A DNA stretch of 64,000 bases from Bacteriovoracia bacterium (GTDB lineage: Bacteria > Bdellovibrionota > UBA1018 > JBFWNL01). The notes beneath the pieces were generated by a model. That model was not told where the DNA came from. It made no database searches and saw only the letters and a program-made list of their open reading frames with translations. The translations under genes and the position numbers were made by a program. The stretch spans positions 619,825-683,824 of the forward strand of contig JBFWNL010000001.1 of NCBI GenBank assembly GCA_050251055.1. Reading direction: 5' to 3'. This document shows positions 25,574 to 34,022 of the stretch, one piece after another. Each line of letters starts with the position of its first letter. Position 1 is the first letter of the stretch.

Positions 25574-28309
25574 ATGGACAAAACGGGGATCTCCAATCTC
25601 ATTCTCAGCGAAAATCTGCCGGGCGGCTCGGGCTCAATGCAGAGCTTACTCCAAACGGAGGCGATCCCCTCGTCGTCCCACGCTACGGGTCTTCAAACCG
25701 AGTTAGGAAAGTGGTTGGAGAGTTCAGCCAATCCAGCCGCGCCTCCGGTGCAGTCCGCCCTCACGCTCAACTCAAGCCCGCCTACCGGCGGTGCGATCAA
25801 CCCACGGGTGGCACTGCTCGCGCCAGTATTGCTGGACCTCACGCGCCAGATCGTCGACGAACTCGGGCGGAATCTAAACGGCCTCCTCTCGCTAAACCCG
25901 AGCCGTCGCGAAGCGCTTCTCAGACATCTTTGTATGTTGGGTGGAATTGCCGGAGCCAAGAACACGCCCAAAGAGGTGCTGGAGTCGCTGCGCGCGTTCC
26001 TGCACGGGGGCCGCACGCCTCAGCACAGCGTGGCGCTAGCCGCCTATCTTGAGGAAGTCGCGCTCGTGTTCCTGGGTCAAACGCTGCTGCTCAAAGCCTG
26101 GTCCGACCGGAACATTCGCGCATGGGCGCCGACGGATCTCACTAACGTCAACTGGACACTGAGCTTCGCACTCAAACCGTTCGTGCCGCACCAACGCGAC
26201 GGCTGGCAGCTCACGAAGCCTAACCTTTACTCCTGGTTCAATCCCAGCCCCCAGCTGCAGAGTTTGATTTGGCAAACCTTACAGGGTTTAGACCTTTCGG
26301 ACGAGGCACCCACTTTGATGACGGATCTCCTGAAGGGCTGCCAGCAAATCCGCTCCCAGTTGCCAGAGTCGCACGGCTACGACTCCCGTTTCTTCTCGGC
26401 GGTTTGGGGAGCCAGCGGTCGACTGACGCCCGAAGTACGCCAGCGGCATCAGTTTGGCTTCTCCCCCACTTTGCGGGAGGGCAGCCTGGCCCGTTCGGGC
26501 GAAAGCGGCCTGGGAGAAAATTTTCAGTGGATCGGTTCCGAGCTCAATCCGTTTTTATTCCTCTTGGGTGAGCTCACCGCGCTCTGGAGCGGTCCGGCTT
26601 GTCCGCGTTTTTGGCACCTCAGCTCGGGTCTCGAGCTTCATCCCCGCGAGCAACTCTCACTCTCCATGCCGCTCTCGCCGCTGAACGGCCCGAAGTCCTC
26701 ACCACTCGTGCAGTACCTTTCCGAGATGGAGGCCTGCCGAATCGCGTTTGTGATGGAAGACTACGCAATCCGCTCGACCGGAAGAACCGGCGAATCCGCC
26801 TGGTTCCGTGGCGAACTCGCGGGCTTTCCATTCTTCAAAGGATTAAAGGCGCAGGAAACGACCTTAGGCGACCTCCAAGCCTGCGTGGCGCTCAGCAAGC
26901 TCCGCCCCGGCGGGCTCATGTGGTGGACGCGGGAAGAGCCGATCACGGCGCTAGAAGGCCCGGAAACCCTCAAATTCCTGCTCGATCGCGGCAAGCTCCT
27001 CGCCCAATGGGATTTCACCGGCATCGCCCACTCCTTGCCATTGCAACGATCGCTCTTTCCAAAGTACCTCTACCTTTTTGAAAGATGCGCCTCGCTCGAA
27101 GCTCGCAACACCCACCGCCCCCGCATGGTGCGACTACAGGGCCAGATCCGGAGCCACGTCGAAGTGCCGCTCTTTCTTCAAGACGCTATTCAGGAGGCAC
27201 TCGCCGCGAGCCCGGGAGCGGAAACCGAAGGCCGGGGCCATTGGCAAGTCCAGGTGCGCGTGAGCAACACCACCCAGCAGGAATGGGCGGAGCGCTGGCC
27301 GGAGAAAACGTCCGAAGAGATTTACCGTAAGTTCGATCAACTCAAGGAAAACTCCACGCCGCTTGGCCAGATCGCGGGCATCCGCTTGAACCGGAGAGGC
27401 GCCGATGCGCCGTGGATGACCAACCAGCTGCAAGCGGATTCACTACAGGTTCGGGGCGCCGTTCTGCAGATGGGTTCCGAGCAGGAAAACGGAAAACGGC
27501 GAATCGTGACGGCGATCACGGCCCAGCAGCTTGGGAGCACGCCCGCTTCTGACCTTCCCCTCACGATCATCCCGCACCAACCGGAGTTGACAGTCGTACT
27601 GCGCGCCTACCTAGAGAGTCCGGCGGTCGCGGAATGGCTGGAACTCTTCTGCGAACGGAAAAAAGGCGCCTGGGAGCTGAGCGAGGCCTCACTAAAATTT
27701 CTGCCCGTACCGAACGCGCTTTTGGCAAGCCTACGGGAGAACCGCGGCGCCTCGGCCGCGCTTCCCCTCGACGTAAACACGGTGGATCAGCTGGCCGCGC
27801 GTAAGCATGACATCCAGTTTCGGAGCGCCGTTTTCGTCGCCGCCGCCCATGAACTCGAGCGGGCCCGCGCGGATGCGGCACGCCTGGCAGATTTCGTGGA
27901 CGCGAACGGCTCGATTCATTGGAAAGTACTTTTGCGCATCTTACCCAAGAGCGAATGTATCGCCTTCCCGCTGCATCCCGACGTGCGCTTTTCGGGCTCG
28001 CTTCCACCGCACGTGCCGATTCATCGGATCGATCGCGTGAAGTCGAAGCCGCCGGCGCTCCTGCTCGCGACCCAGAGCGGACTTCACCTCAGCCTGAGCT
28101 GCACGCAGCCCCTCTTCCTCGATATGCTTTGGTCGCAGTTCCAGGGCTTGAGCTATCCTACCTGGAACGAACTCGCGCAAAACGCCGTCGTTCCCCGCCG
28201 GACGGAGGTCGCGCAGACCGCCGCTGCCGACATCCTGCGCCGCCATGGCGAAACCGAGCGCCGACGCCAGCTCCTGACCGACATCCTGCACGCCTGTCCA
28301 TTAGTTTAA
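25574..28309 (+). CDS. Type IIG/Eco57I-like DNA adenine methyltransferase-TRD homolog with degenerate catalytic motifs
   Basis: 911-aa ORF with MTase-like blocks in canonical order (EEVALVFLGQTLLLKAWSDRNI; GYDSRFF; FSPTLREGSL; IGSELNPF; IAFVMEDY; LSKLRPGG; YLESPAV...LKFLPVP). Confidence 0.65.
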   Translation: MDKTGISNLILSENLPGGSGSMQSLLQTEAIPSSSHATGLQTELGKWLESSANPAAPPVQSALTLNSSPPTGGAINPRVALLAPVLLDLTRQIVDELGRNLNGLLSLNPSRREALLRHLCMLGGIAGAKNTPKEVLESLRAFLHGGRTPQHSVALAAYLEEVALVFLGQTLLLKAWSDRNIRAWAPTDLTNVNWTLSFALKPFVPHQRDGWQLTKPNLYSWFNPSPQLQSLIWQTLQGLDLSDEAPTLMTDLLKGCQQIRSQLPESHGYDSRFFSAVWGASGRLTPEVRQRHQFGFSPTLREGSLARSGESGLGENFQWIGSELNPFLFLLGELTALWSGPACPRFWHLSSGLELHPREQLSLSMPLSPLNGPKSSPLVQYLSEMEACRIAFVMEDYAIRSTGRTGESAWFRGELAGFPFFKGLKAQETTLGDLQACVALSKLRPGGLMWWTREEPITALEGPETLKFLLDRGKLLAQWDFTGIAHSLPLQRSLFPKYLYLFERCASLEARNTHRPRMVRLQGQIRSHVEVPLFLQDAIQEALAASPGAETEGRGHWQVQVRVSNTTQQEWAERWPEKTSEEIYRKFDQLKENSTPLGQIAGIRLNRRGADAPWMTNQLQADSLQVRGAVLQMGSEQENGKRRIVTAITAQQLGSTPASDLPLTIIPHQPELTVVLRAYLESPAVAEWLELFCERKKGAWELSEASLKFLPVPNALLASLRENRGASAALPLDVNTVDQLAARKHDIQFRSAVFVAAAHELERARADAARLADFVDANGSIHWKVLLRILPKSECIAFPLHPDVRFSGSLPPHVPIHRIDRVKSKPPALLLATQSGLHLSLSCTQPLFLDMLWSQFQGLSYPTWNELAQNAVVPRRTEVAQTAAADILRRHGETERRRQLLTDILHACPLV

Positions 28310-28370
28310 CACCCACCTGGACTTACCATTCACCGGAGCTGCATTTAAAAGTGGGTCCAGCCTGACCCAC

Positions 28371-28387
28371 CTGGCACCGAATCTGCA
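28371..28387 (+). promoter_or_regulatory. Sigma54 promoter
   Basis: CTGGCACCGAATCTGCA (TGGCAC-N5-CTGC), immediately after the inverted repeat GTGGGTC-N6-GACCCAC. Confidence 0.6.
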
Positions 28388-28650
28388 ATTTCATCTCCCC
28401 GTGAGACACGCCGGAACCTGAGAGGGTTCCATGAGAGATGAGTGATGGGCAGAAGTGAAAGTGGAGTAGACGCCGAAATGATTTTCGATCGCCAATCCCC
28501 CTTTAAATTTTGTTCAGGACTCGATCTAAACCATCGATTCCGAATTTTCCCCCTTTAATCCCCCCTAATCCCCCCCCGGGCCTCGTTTATCGGAGAACGA
28601 GGCCCGGATCCCCTCTTTCCTTTCGGAAACCGCCCGGTTAGACTTCCTCC

Positions 28651-29367
28651 ATGCGCGAGTTTCCCTGGCATGTGCGCAAGCCCGTGGCCGAGCACGATCA
28701 ATGGTTCCGCAATCTCACCGGTTTGCACGCGCTCACGCGCGCCTGGATCCATGAGCTTCACTTAGAGGCCGAAGCCCCGCACCTGCTTCAACGTGTGATG
28801 AGCCCCCGCATTCAAGAGGCCCTCACGATTCTGGAGACTTTGGACGAACGCTCGGTCCCCAAGGACCTCGAGTCCGTGTTGGGCTCCGACTATCCGGAAG
28901 AGCTGCTGGGACGCCTTGAGCAAACCATCTGGGTCACCCAAACGTGGCTGCTCCGCCACCTGTTTGAAACCACCCCCCAAGACGAGTGGGACGCCCTGAA
29001 AAACTCGCTCGCGCAAAGTTCATGGAAAGCAGGACGAAACTGCGCCGAACAGCGTTGGGGAAAGCTCCCCGAGGTCGCGCGCCGAGACCTGCGAGGAGTG
29101 TTTTCCGCGATCAATGACGGGCCGCTCTCCGGCTTTCCCCACCACCGGGCTTTTCTCGTGGTTCGGGCCCTCCCGGAGCGGATCGAGGCCGAGTTACTGC
29201 ACTGCCCCCATCGCAGCGTGTATCCTGAAATCGTGCTCGCGGCTGACGAACTCTGCCTTCTACACGCCGACTGGATCCGCGGCTACGCCTACGGGATCAA
29301 TACGGAAGTATTGATCGATCACCAAAAAGACGTACGGTGCCGGCAAGTGTGGACACTGCACCAATAG
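28651..29367 (+). CDS. Hypothetical cytoplasmic protein with a V4R/MetOD1-like C-terminal Cys motif
   Basis: HCPH...LCLLH...GYAYG...RC pattern; convergent with the sigma54 activator. Confidence 0.6.
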   Translation: MREFPWHVRKPVAEHDQWFRNLTGLHALTRAWIHELHLEAEAPHLLQRVMSPRIQEALTILETLDERSVPKDLESVLGSDYPEELLGRLEQTIWVTQTWLLRHLFETTPQDEWDALKNSLAQSSWKAGRNCAEQRWGKLPEVARRDLRGVFSAINDGPLSGFPHHRAFLVVRALPERIEAELLHCPHRSVYPEIVLAADELCLLHADWIRGYAYGINTEVLIDHQKDVRCRQVWTLHQ

Positions 29368-29386
29368 AGGCTGGATCCGCTTTTAA

Positions 29387-30754
29387 TCAGTTTTCGGGTT
29401 TTTGCTCGCGAGGCTGCTTTTCGAGCTTGCGGTAAATCGTGCGGGAATTCACGCCTAGGATCTTGGCGGCCATGTTCTTGTCGCCCTCGGTCGCCTCCAG
29501 CGTCTTGCGGATCAATAACTCTTCCACTTCCCAGAGCGGGGTGCCGAACGGCACACGGATGTCCTCGCCACGTACTGCCTCACCGGGCTGCGCGCGCAGG
29601 TGCGAGGGCAGATCCTCGGGCTGAAGCTCCTGGGTTTGCGCCAAAACGACCGCGCGCTCGATTACGTTCGCCAGCTCACGCACATTGCCGGGCCAGGGGT
29701 GGCGGGTGAGCACGGCCATCGCTTCGGGGCTAATACCCCGGACGGCCTTTCCGTGGCGTTGATTCGCGGCTTCTATGAAAGAAGACGCCAGCGTCGGCAG
29801 ATCTTCGGTGCGTGCCCGCAGAGCGGGGGTTTGGATCTCAATCACGTCCAAACGAAAGAGCAGGTCCTGGCGGAAGGTTCCCGCCTGGACCATCGCCTTC
29901 AGATCACGATGAGTGGCAGCGAGCAGCCGCACGTTCACCTTCTGCGCGATGGTCGCGCCCACGCGGCGCACTTCGCCCTCCTGGATTGCGCGTAGAAGCT
30001 TCGCCTGCAGCGAAAGCGGCATGTCGCCAATTTCATCCAGGAAAAGAGTACCGCCGTCGGCGCTCTCGAAAAGTCCGGGCCGTGCGGCCGCGGCGCCCGT
30101 GAAAGCGCCCTTCTCGTGCCCGAATAACTCAGACTCCATCAGATGTTCCGGGATAGCTGCGCAGTTGAGCGCGATAAACGGTCGATCCGCTCGCGTGCCC
30201 AGGCGATGAATCGACTGAGCAACGAGCTCCTTACCCGTCCCGCTCTCCCCAAAAATGAGGACCGTAAGCTCCGCTTGCGCCACCTGGGTTACCAGCCGTT
30301 TGAGTTCGGAAATGGCCGGCGACTGGCCCGTGATCCGATCCAATGGGGAAGCTCCCACGGCGGCCACATTTTCCACCTTCAACCCCCGGGTCGCCGACTC
30401 GACCGCATCCAACAACGCTTGGCGCTTAAAAGGCTTCGTCAGGAAATCCACCGCGCCGAGCTTCATCGCCCATACCGCGTCTTCTACTTGCCCGAAGGCC
30501 GTCATCAAAATTACCGGCACTTCCCGCGCGCAAATCGTGATCGCCTTGAGAAACTCCAGCCCCCCCAACCGCGGCATGCGCACGTCGGAGATCACCGCGT
30601 GGTACGGAAAGGTGCGGGAAGCTTGAACCTTCTCGAGCGCTTCCTGACCATCCACAGCCCGCTCTACCGCGTGTCCCGCGATTTCCAGAATGCGCGCCAT
30701 GGAGTCCAAAGCCTGGGGATCGTCATCTACCAGTAGGATTCGCTTCATCGTCAT
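29387..30754 (-). CDS. Sigma54-dependent NtrC/AtoC-family response regulator
   Basis: REC domain (DDD, DVRMP, KPF), GESGTGKE, intact GAFTGA, FLDEIG, WPGNVREL, Fis-type HTH. Confidence 0.96.
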   Translation of the reverse strand: MTMKRILLVDDDPQALDSMARILEIAGHAVERAVDGQEALEKVQASRTFPYHAVISDVRMPRLGGLEFLKAITICAREVPVILMTAFGQVEDAVWAMKLGAVDFLTKPFKRQALLDAVESATRGLKVENVAAVGASPLDRITGQSPAISELKRLVTQVAQAELTVLIFGESGTGKELVAQSIHRLGTRADRPFIALNCAAIPEHLMESELFGHEKGAFTGAAAARPGLFESADGGTLFLDEIGDMPLSLQAKLLRAIQEGEVRRVGATIAQKVNVRLLAATHRDLKAMVQAGTFRQDLLFRLDVIEIQTPALRARTEDLPTLASSFIEAANQRHGKAVRGISPEAMAVLTRHPWPGNVRELANVIERAVVLAQTQELQPEDLPSHLRAQPGEAVRGEDIRVPFGTPLWEVEELLIRKTLEATEGDKNMAAKILGVNSRTIYRKLEKQPREQKPEN

Positions 30755-30755
30755 C

Positions 30756-32801
30756 TTAACCTTCGATTACCGCTTCCGGGGGAACCTGCGGACGCCCCAA
30801 AGCCGCGGCCTGGGAAACGGCTGCGGGCAAGACCATCAGGAAACGCGCCCCCCCTTCTGGACCAGGAGCGTAGGTAACCTCGCCGCCTTGCTCTTCCATC
30901 ACGCGCTTCACGAACGATAGCCCCAAGCCCGTACCGTTGGCGCGGCTGGTTTGAAATGGCTGAAATAGCTTTATCTGCATCGCTTCCGACACCCCGGGCC
31001 CGTTGTCCTCAAGGCAGATCCAAACCTTGCCGCTATCGGTGCCACCCATCCGCCAAGTAACACGCTTTTCCACGATCCCGGCCTCCTGCATCGCCTGCAG
31101 GGAATTGCGCAGCAGGTTTCCCAACGCCTGCTCGAAGAGATCACGATCGATACTCACGATCAGGTCGGCGCCCGGCTCGCGATGCCACTCCGACCGCACC
31201 TCCAGGCTCTGCAAAGTGGTCGCGTAGGTCGCGAGGACCCCTTCGAGTACCACGCCGAGATCCACGATCTGCTTCTTGCCGGACGAAAGGCGCGATAACT
31301 TCAAGTAATTTTCCGTGATTTTATCCAAGCGCTCGACGGACGCCAGGATTGACTGAATCGATTGTTTCAGGAAGCTTTTCTGGGATACCGCATCGACTTT
31401 CTGGGCCGCCTCTAAGGCCATCTCGGCCTCGAGCCCGATCGAATGCAGCGGGTTCCGCACTTCGTGCGCAACCTGGGCGGAAAGACGGCCTACCGCCGCC
31501 AGGTTCTCGGCGAGCTGCAAACGCCGCTGCAAATCCTGTTCTTCAGTCACATCCTCCAGTACTAAAATCGCTCCCGAAGATGGATCCGCCTGCCCCGCCG
31601 AGTTCGACTGCAGCGGCATGAGGCTTCCGCCGTAGATCCGATCCCCGGTTTCGATCGGTGCAAAGCGCAGCGGGGCACGCAAATTCGCGATCTTCTCCCG
31701 CCACGATTCCGGCGCGCAGGCTTTATCCAGGAACGCGGCGAGCTTGGGCCAGCTGTCCAACGGTTTACCGATTACTCCGTGTCCCAGCACCCCGCTGCCC
31801 AGCCAAGCCGTCGCCGCCGGATTACATTGGGTCACCCGCCCCGCGGGGTCGGTCACGAAAAGCGCCGACTTGATGCTAGTCAGAATATTCTCGTTCAACC
31901 CACCCATCTCGCGCAGCTGCTCGTTTTGCTCGGCTAACCGCGTCTGCTGGGTTTCGACCGTTTTCTCCCGCTCCCAAAGGGTATGGGTCATGCGCTGGAA
32001 CTCGCGGGCCAGGTGGCTCACCTCATCGTCGCGCGCGGTGGAAATAAACGGAAGCGTGCTTTTGTCTTCCTTGCGTAACCCGCGCGTCGCGATGTCGCGT
32101 GCGAGCCTCGTTAGCTCCGCGAGCGGACGCAGGGCGCGCTCACCAAACCAGAACAGCAAGAGTGACAAAGCCATGATCAGGATCAAGATTCCCTGCAAAC
32201 CCGTACGTAGGCTACTTACGCGCGCGTCGGCGTTCCCAAAAGTGCGGCGAAGCGAGTTATCTGACTCACTCAGCCCCCATTTCAGCTGGCGGTTCCACTC
32301 CGACATATCGGAAAGCCACTGCGGGTAAAGACGGGCTGCCGCCTCTTCATTCTTCTGCTCGAGCGCTTGGTAAAGCTGCGACGCCGCCCGCTTGAGCCGC
32401 GCAAACCCCAGCCCCAGCTCGCGTGCCCACTCCTTCCACTGCGCGCGAATCTCTTCCGGCGCCCAGTCGATGTCCTGATTCAAAGTCTTTTCGAGCTGCT
32501 TGATCTCCGTCTCGAGCAAGTCGGTAATCCAAAGCGGAATGGCCTGCGGCTTCCAATGAGGATCGTTCCAGTGCGAGTAACCTAAGCGGCGCTCCATCTC
32601 GCGGCGCAGGACTTCCGAATCCGATTTCAACTGGCCCAACGTGCGCCCCAGGGGAACGGAAACCCGATTGATCGCGGTGAGCGAGCGGTTCACGTCGGTG
32701 ACGTGAAAGAGGCTCATGGCCGAACCCGCGAAAGACAGCAGCATGAGCGCGAAAACGGCGAATAGGATGCGCTGCCGCAATGTGGTGCGAGGCGAACTCA
32801 T
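30756..32801 (-). CDS. Membrane sensor histidine kinase (periplasmic 4-helix domain, HAMP, PAS, HisKA, HATPase)
   Basis: Two TM helices, AHEVRNPL, NLLRNS, EDNGPG, GTGLGL; cognate partner of the adjacent regulator. Confidence 0.95.
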   Translation of the reverse strand: MSSPRTTLRQRILFAVFALMLLSFAGSAMSLFHVTDVNRSLTAINRVSVPLGRTLGQLKSDSEVLRREMERRLGYSHWNDPHWKPQAIPLWITDLLETEIKQLEKTLNQDIDWAPEEIRAQWKEWARELGLGFARLKRAASQLYQALEQKNEEAAARLYPQWLSDMSEWNRQLKWGLSESDNSLRRTFGNADARVSSLRTGLQGILILIMALSLLLFWFGERALRPLAELTRLARDIATRGLRKEDKSTLPFISTARDDEVSHLAREFQRMTHTLWEREKTVETQQTRLAEQNEQLREMGGLNENILTSIKSALFVTDPAGRVTQCNPAATAWLGSGVLGHGVIGKPLDSWPKLAAFLDKACAPESWREKIANLRAPLRFAPIETGDRIYGGSLMPLQSNSAGQADPSSGAILVLEDVTEEQDLQRRLQLAENLAAVGRLSAQVAHEVRNPLHSIGLEAEMALEAAQKVDAVSQKSFLKQSIQSILASVERLDKITENYLKLSRLSSGKKQIVDLGVVLEGVLATYATTLQSLEVRSEWHREPGADLIVSIDRDLFEQALGNLLRNSLQAMQEAGIVEKRVTWRMGGTDSGKVWICLEDNGPGVSEAMQIKLFQPFQTSRANGTGLGLSFVKRVMEEQGGEVTYAPGPEGGARFLMVLPAAVSQAAALGRPQVPPEAVIEG

Positions 32802-32843
32802 TCTAATAAGGAATATACCCGATTCGCACGGTTTCAGCTAATA

Positions 32844-34022
32844 TTGGACGCCATGAACAAACGTCTCGGGCTCGTCGTGGTCTTATTCATTCTCGCGATT
32901 TTAGCTGTCGTTTTTTTGACGCCGCTTCGCGGCAAGTTCTTCAAGTCCGAGGTGATCGTCGCGGTGCTCGACACGGGCGTCGACACCCAAGCGGGATTAA
33001 ACGACCGGTTGTTACAAGTGAACGGACGGTACGGCTGGAACTTCGTCGAAGGAAATGCGGTGACCGAGGATCTGAGCGAGCAGAAGCACGGCACCCTCGT
33101 GGCGAAGGCGATTGCCCTCGCCGACCCGAAGATTAAGCTCCTCATCGTCCGCGTCGCTCAACACGGCGGAGGTACGGGCGATGGCTTCGCAAAGGGCGTG
33201 CATTACGGCCTTGAACACGGCGCGGACGTGATCAACATCTCTTCAGGACTCGTCTATCACACCCCCGAAATGGATGCGGCGGTCGCCGCCGCCGCCACGC
33301 GCGGTGTACCCATCGTCACCGCGGCGGGGGTAGGCGTGCCGAACCCGTTCGCACCGGTGGCGCTCAGCCAAATGTACCCGCAAGCCTATCCGGGCGTGAT
33401 CGTCGTCGGTAAAGCGCTGGGCACGAACCAACCGGATATCATCTCCAACTTCGGCCCCGCTTTGGACGTCGTGGTCGCGCCATTGCCCAACGGCAACTAC
33501 TTGCCCGAGGAAATAAACTCACATGGCTCGAGCTTCGCGGCCGCAATCGTCTCCGGTGCCGTGGCCAAGTACCGGCTTGCGCACCCATCGGCCGCACCTG
33601 CCGAGATCCGCGCGGCGCTTCGCCACAGCACCATCCCCCCCTACTTTCGCGAAGAAGACCGCGCGAAGCTCGATCGACTGGGTTCGGGCACCGCCCGCTT
33701 GGTGGAATTCCAAAAGATACCGAACGACGGGTATTTTGCGCGCATGGGGCAGAACCCATTCACCCTGAAACACGAGATCGAAATCAACTCCTCAGAAGCG
33801 CTCCAGGGAGCGAAGGGAACCTACGAATGCGCGCCCGACGCGACCCCGCGACCGGCGGGCGAACTCGAGCTGCTCAGCGTGGCGCCGGCGAATCCCGAAA
33901 AAGGCCGGCTGCATTACGTGGTAGCGGATTTCCCCCAGAAAACTCAAGGCTGCAAAATAAAACTGGCGCTCACTCCCGTTTCCGGGGGCGAGCGCCAGCT
34001 CTCGATTACTTTGGCTAACTAA
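32844..34022 (+). CDS. S8 (subtilisin-like) serine peptidase, exported or membrane-anchored
   Basis: VAVLDTG (Asp), HGT (His), GSSFAA (Ser), SNFG; N-terminal hydrophobic segment. Confidence 0.85.
   Translation: MDAMNKRLGLVVVLFILAILAVVFLTPLRGKFFKSEVIVAVLDTGVDTQAGLNDRLLQVNGRYGWNFVEGNAVTEDLSEQKHGTLVAKAIALADPKIKLLIVRVAQHGGGTGDGFAKGVHYGLEHGADVINISSGLVYHTPEMDAAVAAAATRGVPIVTAAGVGVPNPFAPVALSQMYPQAYPGVIVVGKALGTNQPDIISNFGPALDVVVAPLPNGNYLPEEINSHGSSFAAAIVSGAVAKYRLAHPSAAPAEIRAALRHSTIPPYFREEDRAKLDRLGSGTARLVEFQKIPNDGYFARMGQNPFTLKHEIEINSSEALQGAKGTYECAPDATPRPAGELELLSVAPANPEKGRLHYVVADFPQKTQGCKIKLALTPVSGGERQLSITLAN

Noticed and set aside
25574-28309. Active restriction-modification or BREX (PglX) defence locus
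   Set aside because: Catalytic motifs are degenerate, and no REase, brx/pgl or other defence genes are adjacent.
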